Shown here piece by piece: positions 1 to 8,370 of a DNA stretch of 64,000 nt. Every line of letters starts with the position of its first letter. Position 1 is the first letter of the stretch. The notes under the pieces were generated by a model. It was given only the letters and a program-made list of their open reading frames with translations. It ran no database searches and was not told the DNA's origin. This DNA is from an uncultured bacterium (GTDB lineage Bacteria; Verrucomicrobiota; Verrucomicrobiia; Verrucomicrobiales; DEV007), in contig CAXBMO010000004.1 of NCBI GenBank assembly GCA_963977015.1, positions 288,001 to 352,000 on the forward strand, read 5' to 3'. Both the position numbers and the translations under genes were made by a program.

Positions 1-3000
1 CCATCGTTCAGCGTGACGGAAATCATGCCGTATCCTTCAGCGATCACCGCCGACGGCAGAACGAGCGCCTCGAGCAGATAACGCGGCTCCTGTTCTCCAA
101 TCGCCTTCAAATTTGGCCCGATCACGCTTCCGGCACCATCTTTGACCTTGTGGCAGCGGATGCACTGCGCGGCGATGTGGTTCATGAAGAGATCCCTGCC
201 GGCGCTGACATCGCCACCATCGAGACATTCGATCCAGGGCGAAAGCGGGTCGTCGGCATCGCGGGGATAACCGGCCTCGATCCCGCGTGCGGCGGCGGCC
301 TCCAACAACTCGATGTGCATCGCGATCTCAACGCCATCCTGATGAAACCGGCCGATCCACTCGTTGAGCACGGCATCGGCGGCTTCGGTTTCGAGGCTGG
401 TCAGCGTCTGAATCGCCGCCTGACGCTCGGTGACGGACGGAGCGTCATCGAGACGAAGCCGAAGATACTCAGCCGCACGGTCGGCATCAGATTTCGCGAG
501 AAACTGACTTCCACGAATCCGCAATTTTTCGGCGTCCGACTTCAGGGCGAAATCGATCGCCACGGCCGACTCCAGATTCTCCAGAGCCACAACGCGGAGT
601 GAGTCGGGAGCTTTCGAGTTTTCCAGAACGGCGAACAGCGCTTCCGGCTCGAGCTGGATTCCGAGACTCCTTGTCAATTCGAGCGTCTTCTCGACCAACG
701 CCGGGTTGTCTTCGGAGAGTAAGCTTTTGAGCCCCACCTCTTGAATCGCGGCGGCGATCGGCCCTTTCTCGCGCTTGCCCAACACCCGGCGACGGCCTTC
801 GACGCGATCCAGGACCGGCGGGTTCGTCCAAATCGCGAGGGTTTCGAGGGCGTGCACCCGCATCGCCGGCAGGACTTCGTCCGGATTCGTATTGAGAGCA
901 TACTTCAGCACGCGGGCGGCGTGCTCCGGAGAACCCAGGCGGAGGTTCGCGTTGATGGCGCGGCGGATCAAGGCCTCGCCACGCATTGGAGGCTCGTCCA
1001 AAACCTTGGCAAGAGCAGGGAGTGCCTCGGGAATCCCGGCGTCGTCATGGATCGCGCGGGCGGCTTCATCGATGGTATTGCTGTGGAGTGCGTAAAGAAA
1101 GTCCGCAACCAGCGGTGATTTCTGGCGTCGCAACGCGAGAGCAGCCGTGGTGTGAACCAAATCAAAATCGTGATGATAGAGTTCCGCGAGTTGTTCCGGC
1201 TCAGCACAAGCGGCCAACCCCATGGAGACCGCATGAACGAGATAGGATTCATCCGCAGCGACCGCGCTAACGCGATTGATGACCTCGACAAGTGGCTCAA
1301 CCGCATCTGGTGTTGATTGACTGGCCAGGGCAATCGCCGCATGCATCTGGAGGCGCCGAGAATCCGAAGCCAACAAGGGAAGCAACGCCTTTCCCGAGGT
1401 CGATCCCGTCGGCAAATCTCCAATCGTCTTTGCCGCTTGAACCTGGATCTCCAATTCGGAATCGGCGAGGAGACTGGTAAGTTTCGCCACGGAATTCGAA
1501 TCCCCGGCCCTGGCCAACTGCCCAAGACCCCAGACCGCGTGAACGCGAGCCAAGGTTTGATCCATCCCGGACAACGCAGCATCGAAGAGCTCGCGCTGGT
1601 TCCGTTTTACGATTTCAAACTGCGCTTTGAGCCGAACCCGTTGATCCGGATGATGAAGCAATCTGCCCAACTCCGGTTCCGGAATGGAGGCGGCTTCCTT
1701 CTTCAACAGGGACTGGGTTTCGGTCCTGGCCGGGTCCGGATTCGCAACATCGATCTTCCAGACAGCGCCCGTCTGGTTCAGAGGATAGCCGTTCGCCCAA
1801 TCCGCCGCATAAATCGCGCCGTCCGGTCCAAAGTTCCAGCCGATCAAGGCCTTGCCCGCGCCCACCTGGCGGGAGTTGACCATCGCAAAGCTCGCCCCCA
1901 CCGGCTCCACCTGAAACGCCCACTGCACACCTTTCGGTGCCTCGGTCATGAAGTATGTCCGCTCCCACCCCGGGCCAAGCGCCGTGCCCGGATTGTAGAT
2001 GAATCCGCAAGGCCCATCCTTGTAGTTGCAGATGGGCGCAACCGTGTAGTAAGGCCGGTTGACGAATCCATTCACAACCTCGGCCGGCTTCCACAGATTC
2101 TCCGCCATCCACGGATTGTAGCCGTTCCCGCGATATTGATAGTTGCAGCGCCAACCAGCATCCGAGCCTTTCACGATATAGACGAAACGCTCCATCTCGC
2201 CGGGCTTATCCGAGTCGTTATCGACCCCGAAGATGTTGCCGTATTCGTCGAACGCGATTTCCTGAACGTTGCGCAATCCGTGGGCAAACACCTCGTAATC
2301 GCTTCCATCCGGATTGCAGCGCATCAATCCACCCTGGTTGGGATATCCCGGCAGGCCCTTGTCGCCGACCGTCCAGTAAATCTTGCCATCCGGCCCAACC
2401 GTGAGCCCATGCATGTCGTGCCCCGCATAGGCAACGTGCATGCCGAATCCCGTCGCCATGACCTCACGAGAGTCCGCCATCCCATCACCGTCGGTATCCT
2501 TTAACCGCCAGACGTCCGGAGCGATCGTCGAGAACACCGAGCCTTCGTGCCAAAGCACTCCCGCCGCGATCCCCGTCACCTCGGTTTGAAAATCGTCGGC
2601 AAACACCTGGATCTTGTCGGCTGTCCCATCGCCATCGGTATCTTCAACCAAATGAATCTTTTCGCTGAGAACGGTCAGGTCCCGCCAATCGTGGGAGCCG
2701 TCTCCATTGAGATCCTCGATCCGGTTCTTGTTCTTCTCCGAGCGTTCCGGCGCAAGTCGCTCGTGATAAAACGCCCGCTTGTCATCGATGCTGGTGAAAC
2801 CGACTTCATCCTCGATCCAATCGCTGTTCTTGCGAATATCGAGATCCTGGATCTTGCGGCGCTGCGTCTGCGTAACGTAGACCCGCCCTTCGTCGTCGAG
2901 ACTCACCGCCACGGGGTCGGGCACATTCACGTCACCGCTCCATTTGTGGAAGTTCAATTCGTTGGATTCAGCCGATTCCTGACCCAGGCAGGGCCCGAGG

Positions 3001-3047
3001 ATCGCGGCACAGAGACTTACGAGAAGGGGTAATCGAAGTTGGGGCAC
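1..3047 (-). CDS. PVC-type heme-binding CxxCH protein (membrane-bound dehydrogenase-like beta-propeller, HEAT-like helical region, cytochrome c domain); 3' end runs off the window
   Basis: Absent from the ORF track because there is no stop codon in the window. Manual translation from GTG 3047 gives MPQLRLPLLVSLCAAILGPCLGQ (signal peptide), then ...EDTDGDGTADK...GHDMHGLTVGPDGKIYWTVGD.... The same frame gives QCIRCH at 150-164 followed by GPNLKAIG...LLEALVLPSAVIAEGY. The + strand ORFs here are antisense shadows. Confidence 0.88.
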   Translation of the reverse strand, partial: MPQLRLPLLVSLCAAILGPCLGQESAESNELNFHKWSGDVNVPDPVAVSLDDEGRVYVTQTQRRKIQDLDIRKNSDWIEDEVGFTSIDDKRAFYHERLAPERSEKNKNRIEDLNGDGSHDWRDLTVLSEKIHLVEDTDGDGTADKIQVFADDFQTEVTGIAAGVLWHEGSVFSTIAPDVWRLKDTDGDGMADSREVMATGFGMHVAYAGHDMHGLTVGPDGKIYWTVGDKGLPGYPNQGGLMRCNPDGSDYEVFAHGLRNVQEIAFDEYGNIFGVDNDSDKPGEMERFVYIVKGSDAGWRCNYQYRGNGYNPWMAENLWKPAEVVNGFVNRPYYTVAPICNYKDGPCGFIYNPGTALGPGWERTYFMTEAPKGVQWAFQVEPVGASFAMVNSRQVGAGKALIGWNFGPDGAIYAADWANGYPLNQTGAVWKIDVANPDPARTETQSLLKKEAASIPEPELGRLLHHPDQRVRLKAQFEIVKRNQRELFDAALSGMDQTLARVHAVWGLGQLARAGDSNSVAKLTSLLADSELEIQVQAAKTIGDLPTGSTSGKALLPLLASDSRRLQMHAAIALASQSTPDAVEPLVEVINRVSAVAADESYLVHAVSMGLAACAEPEQLAELYHHDFDLVHTTAALALRRQKSPLVADFLYALHSNTIDEAARAIHDDAGIPEALPALAKVLDEPPMRGEALIRRAINANLRLGSPEHAARVLKYALNTNPDEVLPAMRVHALETLAIWTNPPVLDRVEGRRRVLGKREKGPIAAAIQEVGLKSLLSEDNPALVEKTLELTRSLGIQLEPEALFAVLENSKAPDSLRVVALENLESAVAIDFALKSDAEKLRIRGSQFLAKSDADRAAEYLRLRLDDAPSVTERQAAIQTLTSLETEAADAVLNEWIGRFHQDGVEIAMHIELLEAAAARGIEAGYPRDADDPLSPWIECLDGGDVSAGRDLFMNHIAAQCIRCHKVKDGAGSVIGPNLKAIGEQEPRYLLEALVLPSAVIAEGYGMISVTLND

Positions 3048-3166
3048 GTTCCACGATTAGACTGTCGATTCCAACTTGTCACGAGCGAATCCGGCAGGGA
3101 ACCGGCAAACTGCGGGACGTCATCTTGCCACTTGCATCTCACCCTCCCCTCTTCTTGGTGGCAGTC

Positions 3167-3769
3167 ATGAAAACCCCAATTGCTATCTCCCTCCTCTGCA
3201 TTGCCTGGCTCGGACTCGCCACCGCCGAACCCGAAACGAAGCCGATTTTCAGCGGAACAGACTTCACCGGCTGGAAGGTGCCCAAGGGAAACGCGGAGAA
3301 AAACTGGTATCAGGCCGTTGATGGCGAACTGCACATCCAGAGCGGCCCGGACAAGAAAGGCTCCATTCTCTGGACGGAGAACTCCTTCAAAGACTTTGTC
3401 GTCGAACTGGAATTCAAATTCGGCGAAGGCACGATCGATTCCGGCGTCCATCTCCGCAACATGGACCAAATCCAGATCGGCATCTCCGGCTCTCTCAAGC
3501 GTGACATGACCGCATCCCCCTACATCCCCGGCAAAGGCTACCCCGTCGAAGCCGAAGGCGTCGCGGAATTGCTCAAGCTCGATGACTGGAACGCGATGAA
3601 AATCCAAGCCATTGGCAAGCAATACACGGTTTGGCTCAACGGAAAACAGGTGATGACCTACGAGTCTGACACCGCGATTGAAGAAGGCCCAATCGGCCTC
3701 CAGCTCCACGGCGGCAAGGACATGGCGATTACCTTTCGTTCGATTCGCCTTGCGGAGTTGAAAGGTTAG
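3167..3769 (+). CDS. DUF1080 / 3-keto-disaccharide hydrolase-like secreted protein
   Basis: Signal peptide MKTPIAISLLCIAWLGLATA. Family motifs IFSGTDFTGW, DFVVELEFK, DSGV, WNAMKI...VWLNG and GPIGLQLHGG...FRSIRL. Confidence 0.85.
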   Translation: MKTPIAISLLCIAWLGLATAEPETKPIFSGTDFTGWKVPKGNAEKNWYQAVDGELHIQSGPDKKGSILWTENSFKDFVVELEFKFGEGTIDSGVHLRNMDQIQIGISGSLKRDMTASPYIPGKGYPVEAEGVAELLKLDDWNAMKIQAIGKQYTVWLNGKQVMTYESDTAIEEGPIGLQLHGGKDMAITFRSIRLAELKG

Positions 3770-4638
3770 TTGCTCAACGCAACATCGCCCTCCGTCTCAT
3801 TCGGTCGGTGCGTCAGGCGACCCTTCGCATTCGAAATGGTTTCAAACCCCATGGCTTTGAAGACCGATTGCCCTTTCTCGGGTGCGGCGAGATAGCGCGC
3901 AAACTTCAACGCTTCGGCGGGTTGTTTGCTGGCGGTCAAGACGGTGACGCTGACGTTGTCCGTTTCCGCGTCGAACTCGGGAATCCGAATGGCCTCCAAT
4001 CCTTTGAACTGGGGAATGGTGGAGTTCCAGATGACGGCGACGTCAACGGCTCCGACTTTGAGGTCTGCTGCGATCTCGGTGACTGTTGGCTTCATCACGG
4101 CGACTTTGCCGGCCAAGGCCGCCCACTCATCCCCCAATCCACGCTTGGTTGCCTTTCCGATGCTGGTCGCCTCCGGGTTTCCAACCGCGACACGGATGTC
4201 TTCACGCAACAAATCGTGAAGCGTGGCAACTCCTTTGGGGTTGCCACTGGCGACGGCCATGACCGGATATTGTCGCGCCAGGGGAATGACTTCAACGACC
4301 GCTCCCGAGTCTCTGGCTGACTGCACGGCGGAATCGTCTGCGGCGATGAAGAGATCGCCTTGATTGGAGATTTGCACTTGGCTGAGCAGGGTTCCAGTCC
4401 CGCCAAACTGCAGTTGAACTTCGACTCCGTATTCTTCCAAATATTGATGGGCAATCGCGACGGCAGGCTTCTGGATTCCCGCAGCGCAAAACACCATCAG
4501 CCTGGTCCCAGACTCGGAGGTTCCCTTGCGGTGAAAAATCTGGATCGCGAAAATCCCGACCGCCAGCACCACCATCAACGAGGCCACAATTTTCACCATG
4601 AAGACGTTTTGGGGTTTGTTCGACGGCGTCGAAACCAA
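3766..4638 (-). CDS. modA: molybdate ABC transporter substrate-binding protein (alternative start ATG 4599)
   Basis: N-terminal hydrophobic anchor. Motifs VFCAAG, QFGGTGTLLSQV, DLFIAAD, GNPKGV, GNPEATSIG and a C-terminal F...GF, all typical of ModA. Confidence 0.8.
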   Translation of the reverse strand: MVSTPSNKPQNVFMVKIVASLMVVLAVGIFAIQIFHRKGTSESGTRLMVFCAAGIQKPAVAIAHQYLEEYGVEVQLQFGGTGTLLSQVQISNQGDLFIAADDSAVQSARDSGAVVEVIPLARQYPVMAVASGNPKGVATLHDLLREDIRVAVGNPEATSIGKATKRGLGDEWAALAGKVAVMKPTVTEIAADLKVGAVDVAVIWNSTIPQFKGLEAIRIPEFDAETDNVSVTVLTASKQPAEALKFARYLAAPEKGQSVFKAMGFETISNAKGRLTHRPNETEGDVALSN

Positions 4639-4664
4639 TCGCGCAAACCCGTCAATTCAACCAC

Positions 4665-7409
4665 TTACGAGTCGATGAATTGCTCCATCGCAGCGTCGCG
4701 GGTCGCACCGCTGTGCAGGGCCTTTTGATAGAACTCCTTCGCGAGTTGCTTGGAAGGCTCGCTTCGGGTGGCGTAGAGCACGGAAAGGTTGAAGTAGGCT
4801 TCGGAGTGAGCCGGGTTCAACGCGACCGCTTTCTTGAACTCGGTTTCGGCGCGCGTTCCCCATCCCTTCAGGCTTGCGACCAATCCGACGTAGTTGTGGG
4901 CATCCGCGTTGTCTCCACCGTGACGGAGGCACTCATAAAAGCTCTCCAGAGATTCATCGAGCTTGCGGTTCCGGTAATTGAGAACGCCGAGGTAATAATG
5001 AGCATTGGCGCAGCTCTCATCGACGGAGAGCGCCCGCTCCAAGTGAGACTCAGCGGCTTTGAGATCGCCCTGGCGGAGATAAATGACTCCCATGTTGCAA
5101 AGGGCATAGAGATTGTTGCGGTCGAAATGCAGCACTTTGGCGTAGCCCCGGGATGCGGCATCGAAATTCCCCTGGCTGAAGTCGTAGTTGGCGGCTTTTG
5201 CCAGTTGGGTGATCTGGTTCTCGCGGTTTGCTGCAATCACCATGTCAGCATCGTAACTTTGAGGATTGGCCGGGATCGAAACCGTCATGGAACGAGGAGA
5301 TGTCGACCCGAGAGCCACTGGTGCTTTGTTGGACTCAACGGCCTCAATCAACTGCAGATCCTCGGATTTCTTAAACATGGCCCGCTCGTCTTCACTGAGC
5401 TCGAGCCGTTCTCCGGCCATGCTGTCGAGACTGGCAAGGAGCGTTACGGACTGCACATCCAACTTGCGCAGTTCGTCGAGCACGATGTCGCGAGCCTGCT
5501 GCAGTCGCGCCTGCTTGACGAGTTGCTTCCGAATCAACCCTCGCAGCATGTCGTTCTCTTGAGCGGAACTGCTGAGATTCACGACTTCCTTCTGGCTATT
5601 GCTGAGCTGTTCGGCCAGGGAGGAGAGACGCTCTTTGGCCTGGGCCAGAAGCCCGTCTTTCTGGGAGATCTCGGCTTTGGCGTCATCCAGCTGACGAACC
5701 GTGGTGTCGAGCTGGGCCTTCATCACGTCGCGCTCCTGCAAGGCGTCATCGCGCTGCTTGGAGGTCGTGTTCAGCTCGGTCAGCATGGTTTTGAGCTTGC
5801 CGTTCAGCTCCTCAACCTTCTTCGCGTAGAGATTGCTGTCTTCTTCAGAAGCCATCCGCTCGTTCTGAATTCCCTCGACCTTCTTGCGAAGGCTTGCCAA
5901 CTCATCTTTGTAGTCGCCACCACTCCGCGTCAGCTTTTCAATCTCCATTTTGGCTGCGGCGAGTTCTTTCTGCCATTTCAGATTCGCGGACACGAGATCC
6001 TTGACGTCTCCGTCGATCTGCTCACTCGCGTCGAGCAAAATGGCCATTTCGTCGAGATTCTGTTGAAGCTGATTCCGCTGCTCAACCAACAGGTTGCGCT
6101 CCCGAACCAACCCCTCGTTTTCGCGCCGCATTTGCAAATTGGAACGCTCCAAACTGGCAACTTTCGTGTTCAGCTCGGTGATGGTTTTCTGCGATTGTGC
6201 CAGTTCGACGAGCAATTGAGCGTTGGTCTCTGACAGATCGCCGTTTTCGCGAATGGCCTCGGCCAGCTTCTTGGCCATGTCATTGCGCTCGGAAGTGGCC
6301 TCCTCGGCAATTTTCTTCGCGGCTTTGATCTCCTGAGTCGCGGCATGAAGCTTGCGCTCGGTTTCCTCAAACTTCGCGATCATTTCCTCGGTCACTTTGC
6401 CCTTCGCCTCGTCCAACTCCTTCTTGATCTGGTCGCGCTCTTCGCGGGCTTTGTCGCGATCGGTGATGGCATTGGCCAGGCGCTTGGAAAGTTGTGCGTT
6501 GTTCTCCATTTGGTTGGCGCGCTCCTCGGCATAGGCATCGCGCTCTTTCGAGATGTCCTCGATCTCCGCTTTCGCCATCTCCAACGCTTTCAAAATGCTC
6601 GCGCTCTCCGTGTTCGCCCGGCGCAACTCTTCGGTGGCAAGCTTGAGCTGCTCCTGGGTCTGCTGAACTTTTTGCTCACTCAGCATGTCGGCATTCTTCA
6701 GGTCACCCAACGCCTTGGCCAGCTGGGCTTGAATGGTCGCCTCAACTTGCTTCGCCTTGGCGAGCTGGTTCTGGAGCGATTGCATGCGTTGCTCGCGCTC
6801 GGCAACCTGGCGCTCGAGCCGTTGCTTGGCTCCAGTCAGGAAATCAACCTGAGCCTGAAGATTGGTAAACTCCTGATTGACGCCCTGCGTGTAATTCTGG
6901 GCATTCGGCGCCATCGGAGCGGGCGCCGGAGTATAGGCCGGAGGCATGGGAGCTGCCGTTTGGGGAGTCTGAAATTCCGGACTTCCGGGCCGCACCACCA
7001 TGGGACCATTTCCCATCGAAGGAGCCGCCTGAGCAATCCCGCTTCCCGGCAGAGGGCCGAGATCCTCCGAATTGTTGCCTTTCAAGCGGGCATGGACCTG
7101 ATCGATTTTGTCGAGCAGCGCACGCCGCCGAAAATCCATCATGTTTTTCTTCCAGCTTGGATGCGTCCGCGAAATGTAGTCGAAGAGCCGCTGGGATTCC
7201 CGATAGCTGGCGAGAGCCTCCAAGTCCTTGCCACTTTCCTCCTTGGTTTCGGCATCGCGCATCTTCATGTAGGCACGCAGCCACAAATCTGATGGATCAG
7301 TTGAGAGTTCGTCTTGGGCAACGACGACGTCTCCAAAACCGACGCAAAGAGAGATTGTAACAAAAAAGACCCAGAGATTCGGAATCCGAAACATCATAGC
7401 AGCAGACAA
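4665..7409 (-). CDS. exported long coiled-coil protein with C-terminal TPR repeats (alternative start ATG 7397)
   Basis: 914-aa ORF: signal-like N-terminus, Pro-rich linker, roughly 500 aa of E/K/Q/L/A heptad sequence, then TPR motifs (ALCNMGVIY, AHYYLGVLNY, AHNYVGLVA, AYFNLSVLY). Confidence 0.85.
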   Translation of the reverse strand: MSAAMMFRIPNLWVFFVTISLCVGFGDVVVAQDELSTDPSDLWLRAYMKMRDAETKEESGKDLEALASYRESQRLFDYISRTHPSWKKNMMDFRRRALLDKIDQVHARLKGNNSEDLGPLPGSGIAQAAPSMGNGPMVVRPGSPEFQTPQTAAPMPPAYTPAPAPMAPNAQNYTQGVNQEFTNLQAQVDFLTGAKQRLERQVAEREQRMQSLQNQLAKAKQVEATIQAQLAKALGDLKNADMLSEQKVQQTQEQLKLATEELRRANTESASILKALEMAKAEIEDISKERDAYAEERANQMENNAQLSKRLANAITDRDKAREERDQIKKELDEAKGKVTEEMIAKFEETERKLHAATQEIKAAKKIAEEATSERNDMAKKLAEAIRENGDLSETNAQLLVELAQSQKTITELNTKVASLERSNLQMRRENEGLVRERNLLVEQRNQLQQNLDEMAILLDASEQIDGDVKDLVSANLKWQKELAAAKMEIEKLTRSGGDYKDELASLRKKVEGIQNERMASEEDSNLYAKKVEELNGKLKTMLTELNTTSKQRDDALQERDVMKAQLDTTVRQLDDAKAEISQKDGLLAQAKERLSSLAEQLSNSQKEVVNLSSSAQENDMLRGLIRKQLVKQARLQQARDIVLDELRKLDVQSVTLLASLDSMAGERLELSEDERAMFKKSEDLQLIEAVESNKAPVALGSTSPRSMTVSIPANPQSYDADMVIAANRENQITQLAKAANYDFSQGNFDAASRGYAKVLHFDRNNLYALCNMGVIYLRQGDLKAAESHLERALSVDESCANAHYYLGVLNYRNRKLDESLESFYECLRHGGDNADAHNYVGLVASLKGWGTRAETEFKKAVALNPAHSEAYFNLSVLYATRSEPSKQLAKEFYQKALHSGATRDAAMEQFIDS

Positions 7410-7590
7410 TAATTTTATAGGGATTGTTTAGGCGAATAGGTCTCCAAGGCTGGATATTCACACGCTATTCACAGGTGGCCCAGACTTTCTAGCATAGTTC
7501 TTTAAAAAAATCCTAGTAAAATCTAGTCTCAATCCAGCGAATTTTGGCAAACGAAAGCAGCAGCGACCGCTGTTGAGACGGAGAAATGGC

Positions 7591-7618
7591 TTGATGTAAT
7601 CAATCCGCCCCCTAGATT
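7591..7618 (+). promoter_or_regulatory. putative sigma70-type promoter of the HNH gene
   Basis: TTGATG-16nt-TAGATT, followed by RBS GAAGGAG (7631-7637) before GTG 7647. A similar GGCTTGA...TAGAT arrangement precedes the TMEM43 gene. Confidence 0.35.
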
Positions 7619-7646
7619 CGGGAACGATTTGAAGGAGTAAATCGCG

Positions 7647-8267
7647 GTGAATTCCACCCTAAATCATCCCGTTCTCGTGCTCAACCGGCTTTGGCAACCG
7701 GTCAATATCTGTTCCGCGCGACGCGCATTTTCGCTCCTCTTCCTTGGTCATGCACAAGTTGTTCACACTGACGCAGAAGAGAACTTTTTTACCCACGATA
7801 TCGACTCCTGGCTGTTGACGAGTCAGGACGCGACCAATCTGGAGGTCGTTCACACCATCTCGTGCAACTTCGGCATCCCGGAGATTATCGTTCTCTCGAT
7901 GTTTGATCGCCTCCCCAAGAAAGAGGTGAAATTCACCCGCCAGAACATCTTTGAGCGCGACGAACACACCTGCCAGTATTGCGGAGTCGGCCATGAGCCA
8001 AAGCAACTCAATCTGGACCATGTGGTTCCGCGAGACAAGGGCGGCAAGAACAGCTGGGAAAACATCGTCACGAGCTGCATTCGCTGCAATACGAAAAAGG
8101 CCAACAAACTGCCCCATGAAGCCGGGATGTTCCCCCGCAAAGAGCCGCGTGCACCTCGCTGGCGGCCCTTCATGTGTCAGGCCGAGAAATCCGCCCGCCG
8201 CAAGGCTCGGCCCAGCTGGCGACATTTTCTGGATTTGAAGCCTTCCGAGGTGAACCTCAGCGGCTGA
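7647..8267 (+). CDS. HNH endonuclease family protein (McrA/HNH_5-like)
   Basis: VLVLN N-terminal motif; FTRQNIFERD, CQYC, LDHVVPRDKGG...WENIVTSCIRCNTKK. Confidence 0.9.
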   Translation: MNSTLNHPVLVLNRLWQPVNICSARRAFSLLFLGHAQVVHTDAEENFFTHDIDSWLLTSQDATNLEVVHTISCNFGIPEIIVLSMFDRLPKKEVKFTRQNIFERDEHTCQYCGVGHEPKQLNLDHVVPRDKGGKNSWENIVTSCIRCNTKKANKLPHEAGMFPRKEPRAPRWRPFMCQAEKSARRKARPSWRHFLDLKPSEVNLSG

Positions 8268-8370
8268 CCAGGGAGACGATTAGCTCCCGATTACAGGCCC
8301 ACCCTAAGGATAAAGATTAGCGGTTCGTCGTAGTTGACGCTTCGCTCGGGTCGAATTACTCATTGCCAAC

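Noticed and set aside
150-3032. Plus-strand ORFs 150-602, 741-1118, 1317-2504 and 2547-3032
   Set aside because: Antisense shadows of the minus-strand heme-binding protein; they have no motifs of their own.
4639-4664. Moco riboswitch or ModE box upstream of modA
   Set aside because: Too little intergenic space and no recognisable motif.
7647-8267. HNH gene as IscB/HEARO or a Cas9-like RNA-guided nuclease
   Set aside because: Only 206 aa, with no PLMP or RuvC motifs and no adjacent structured RNA or repeat array evident.
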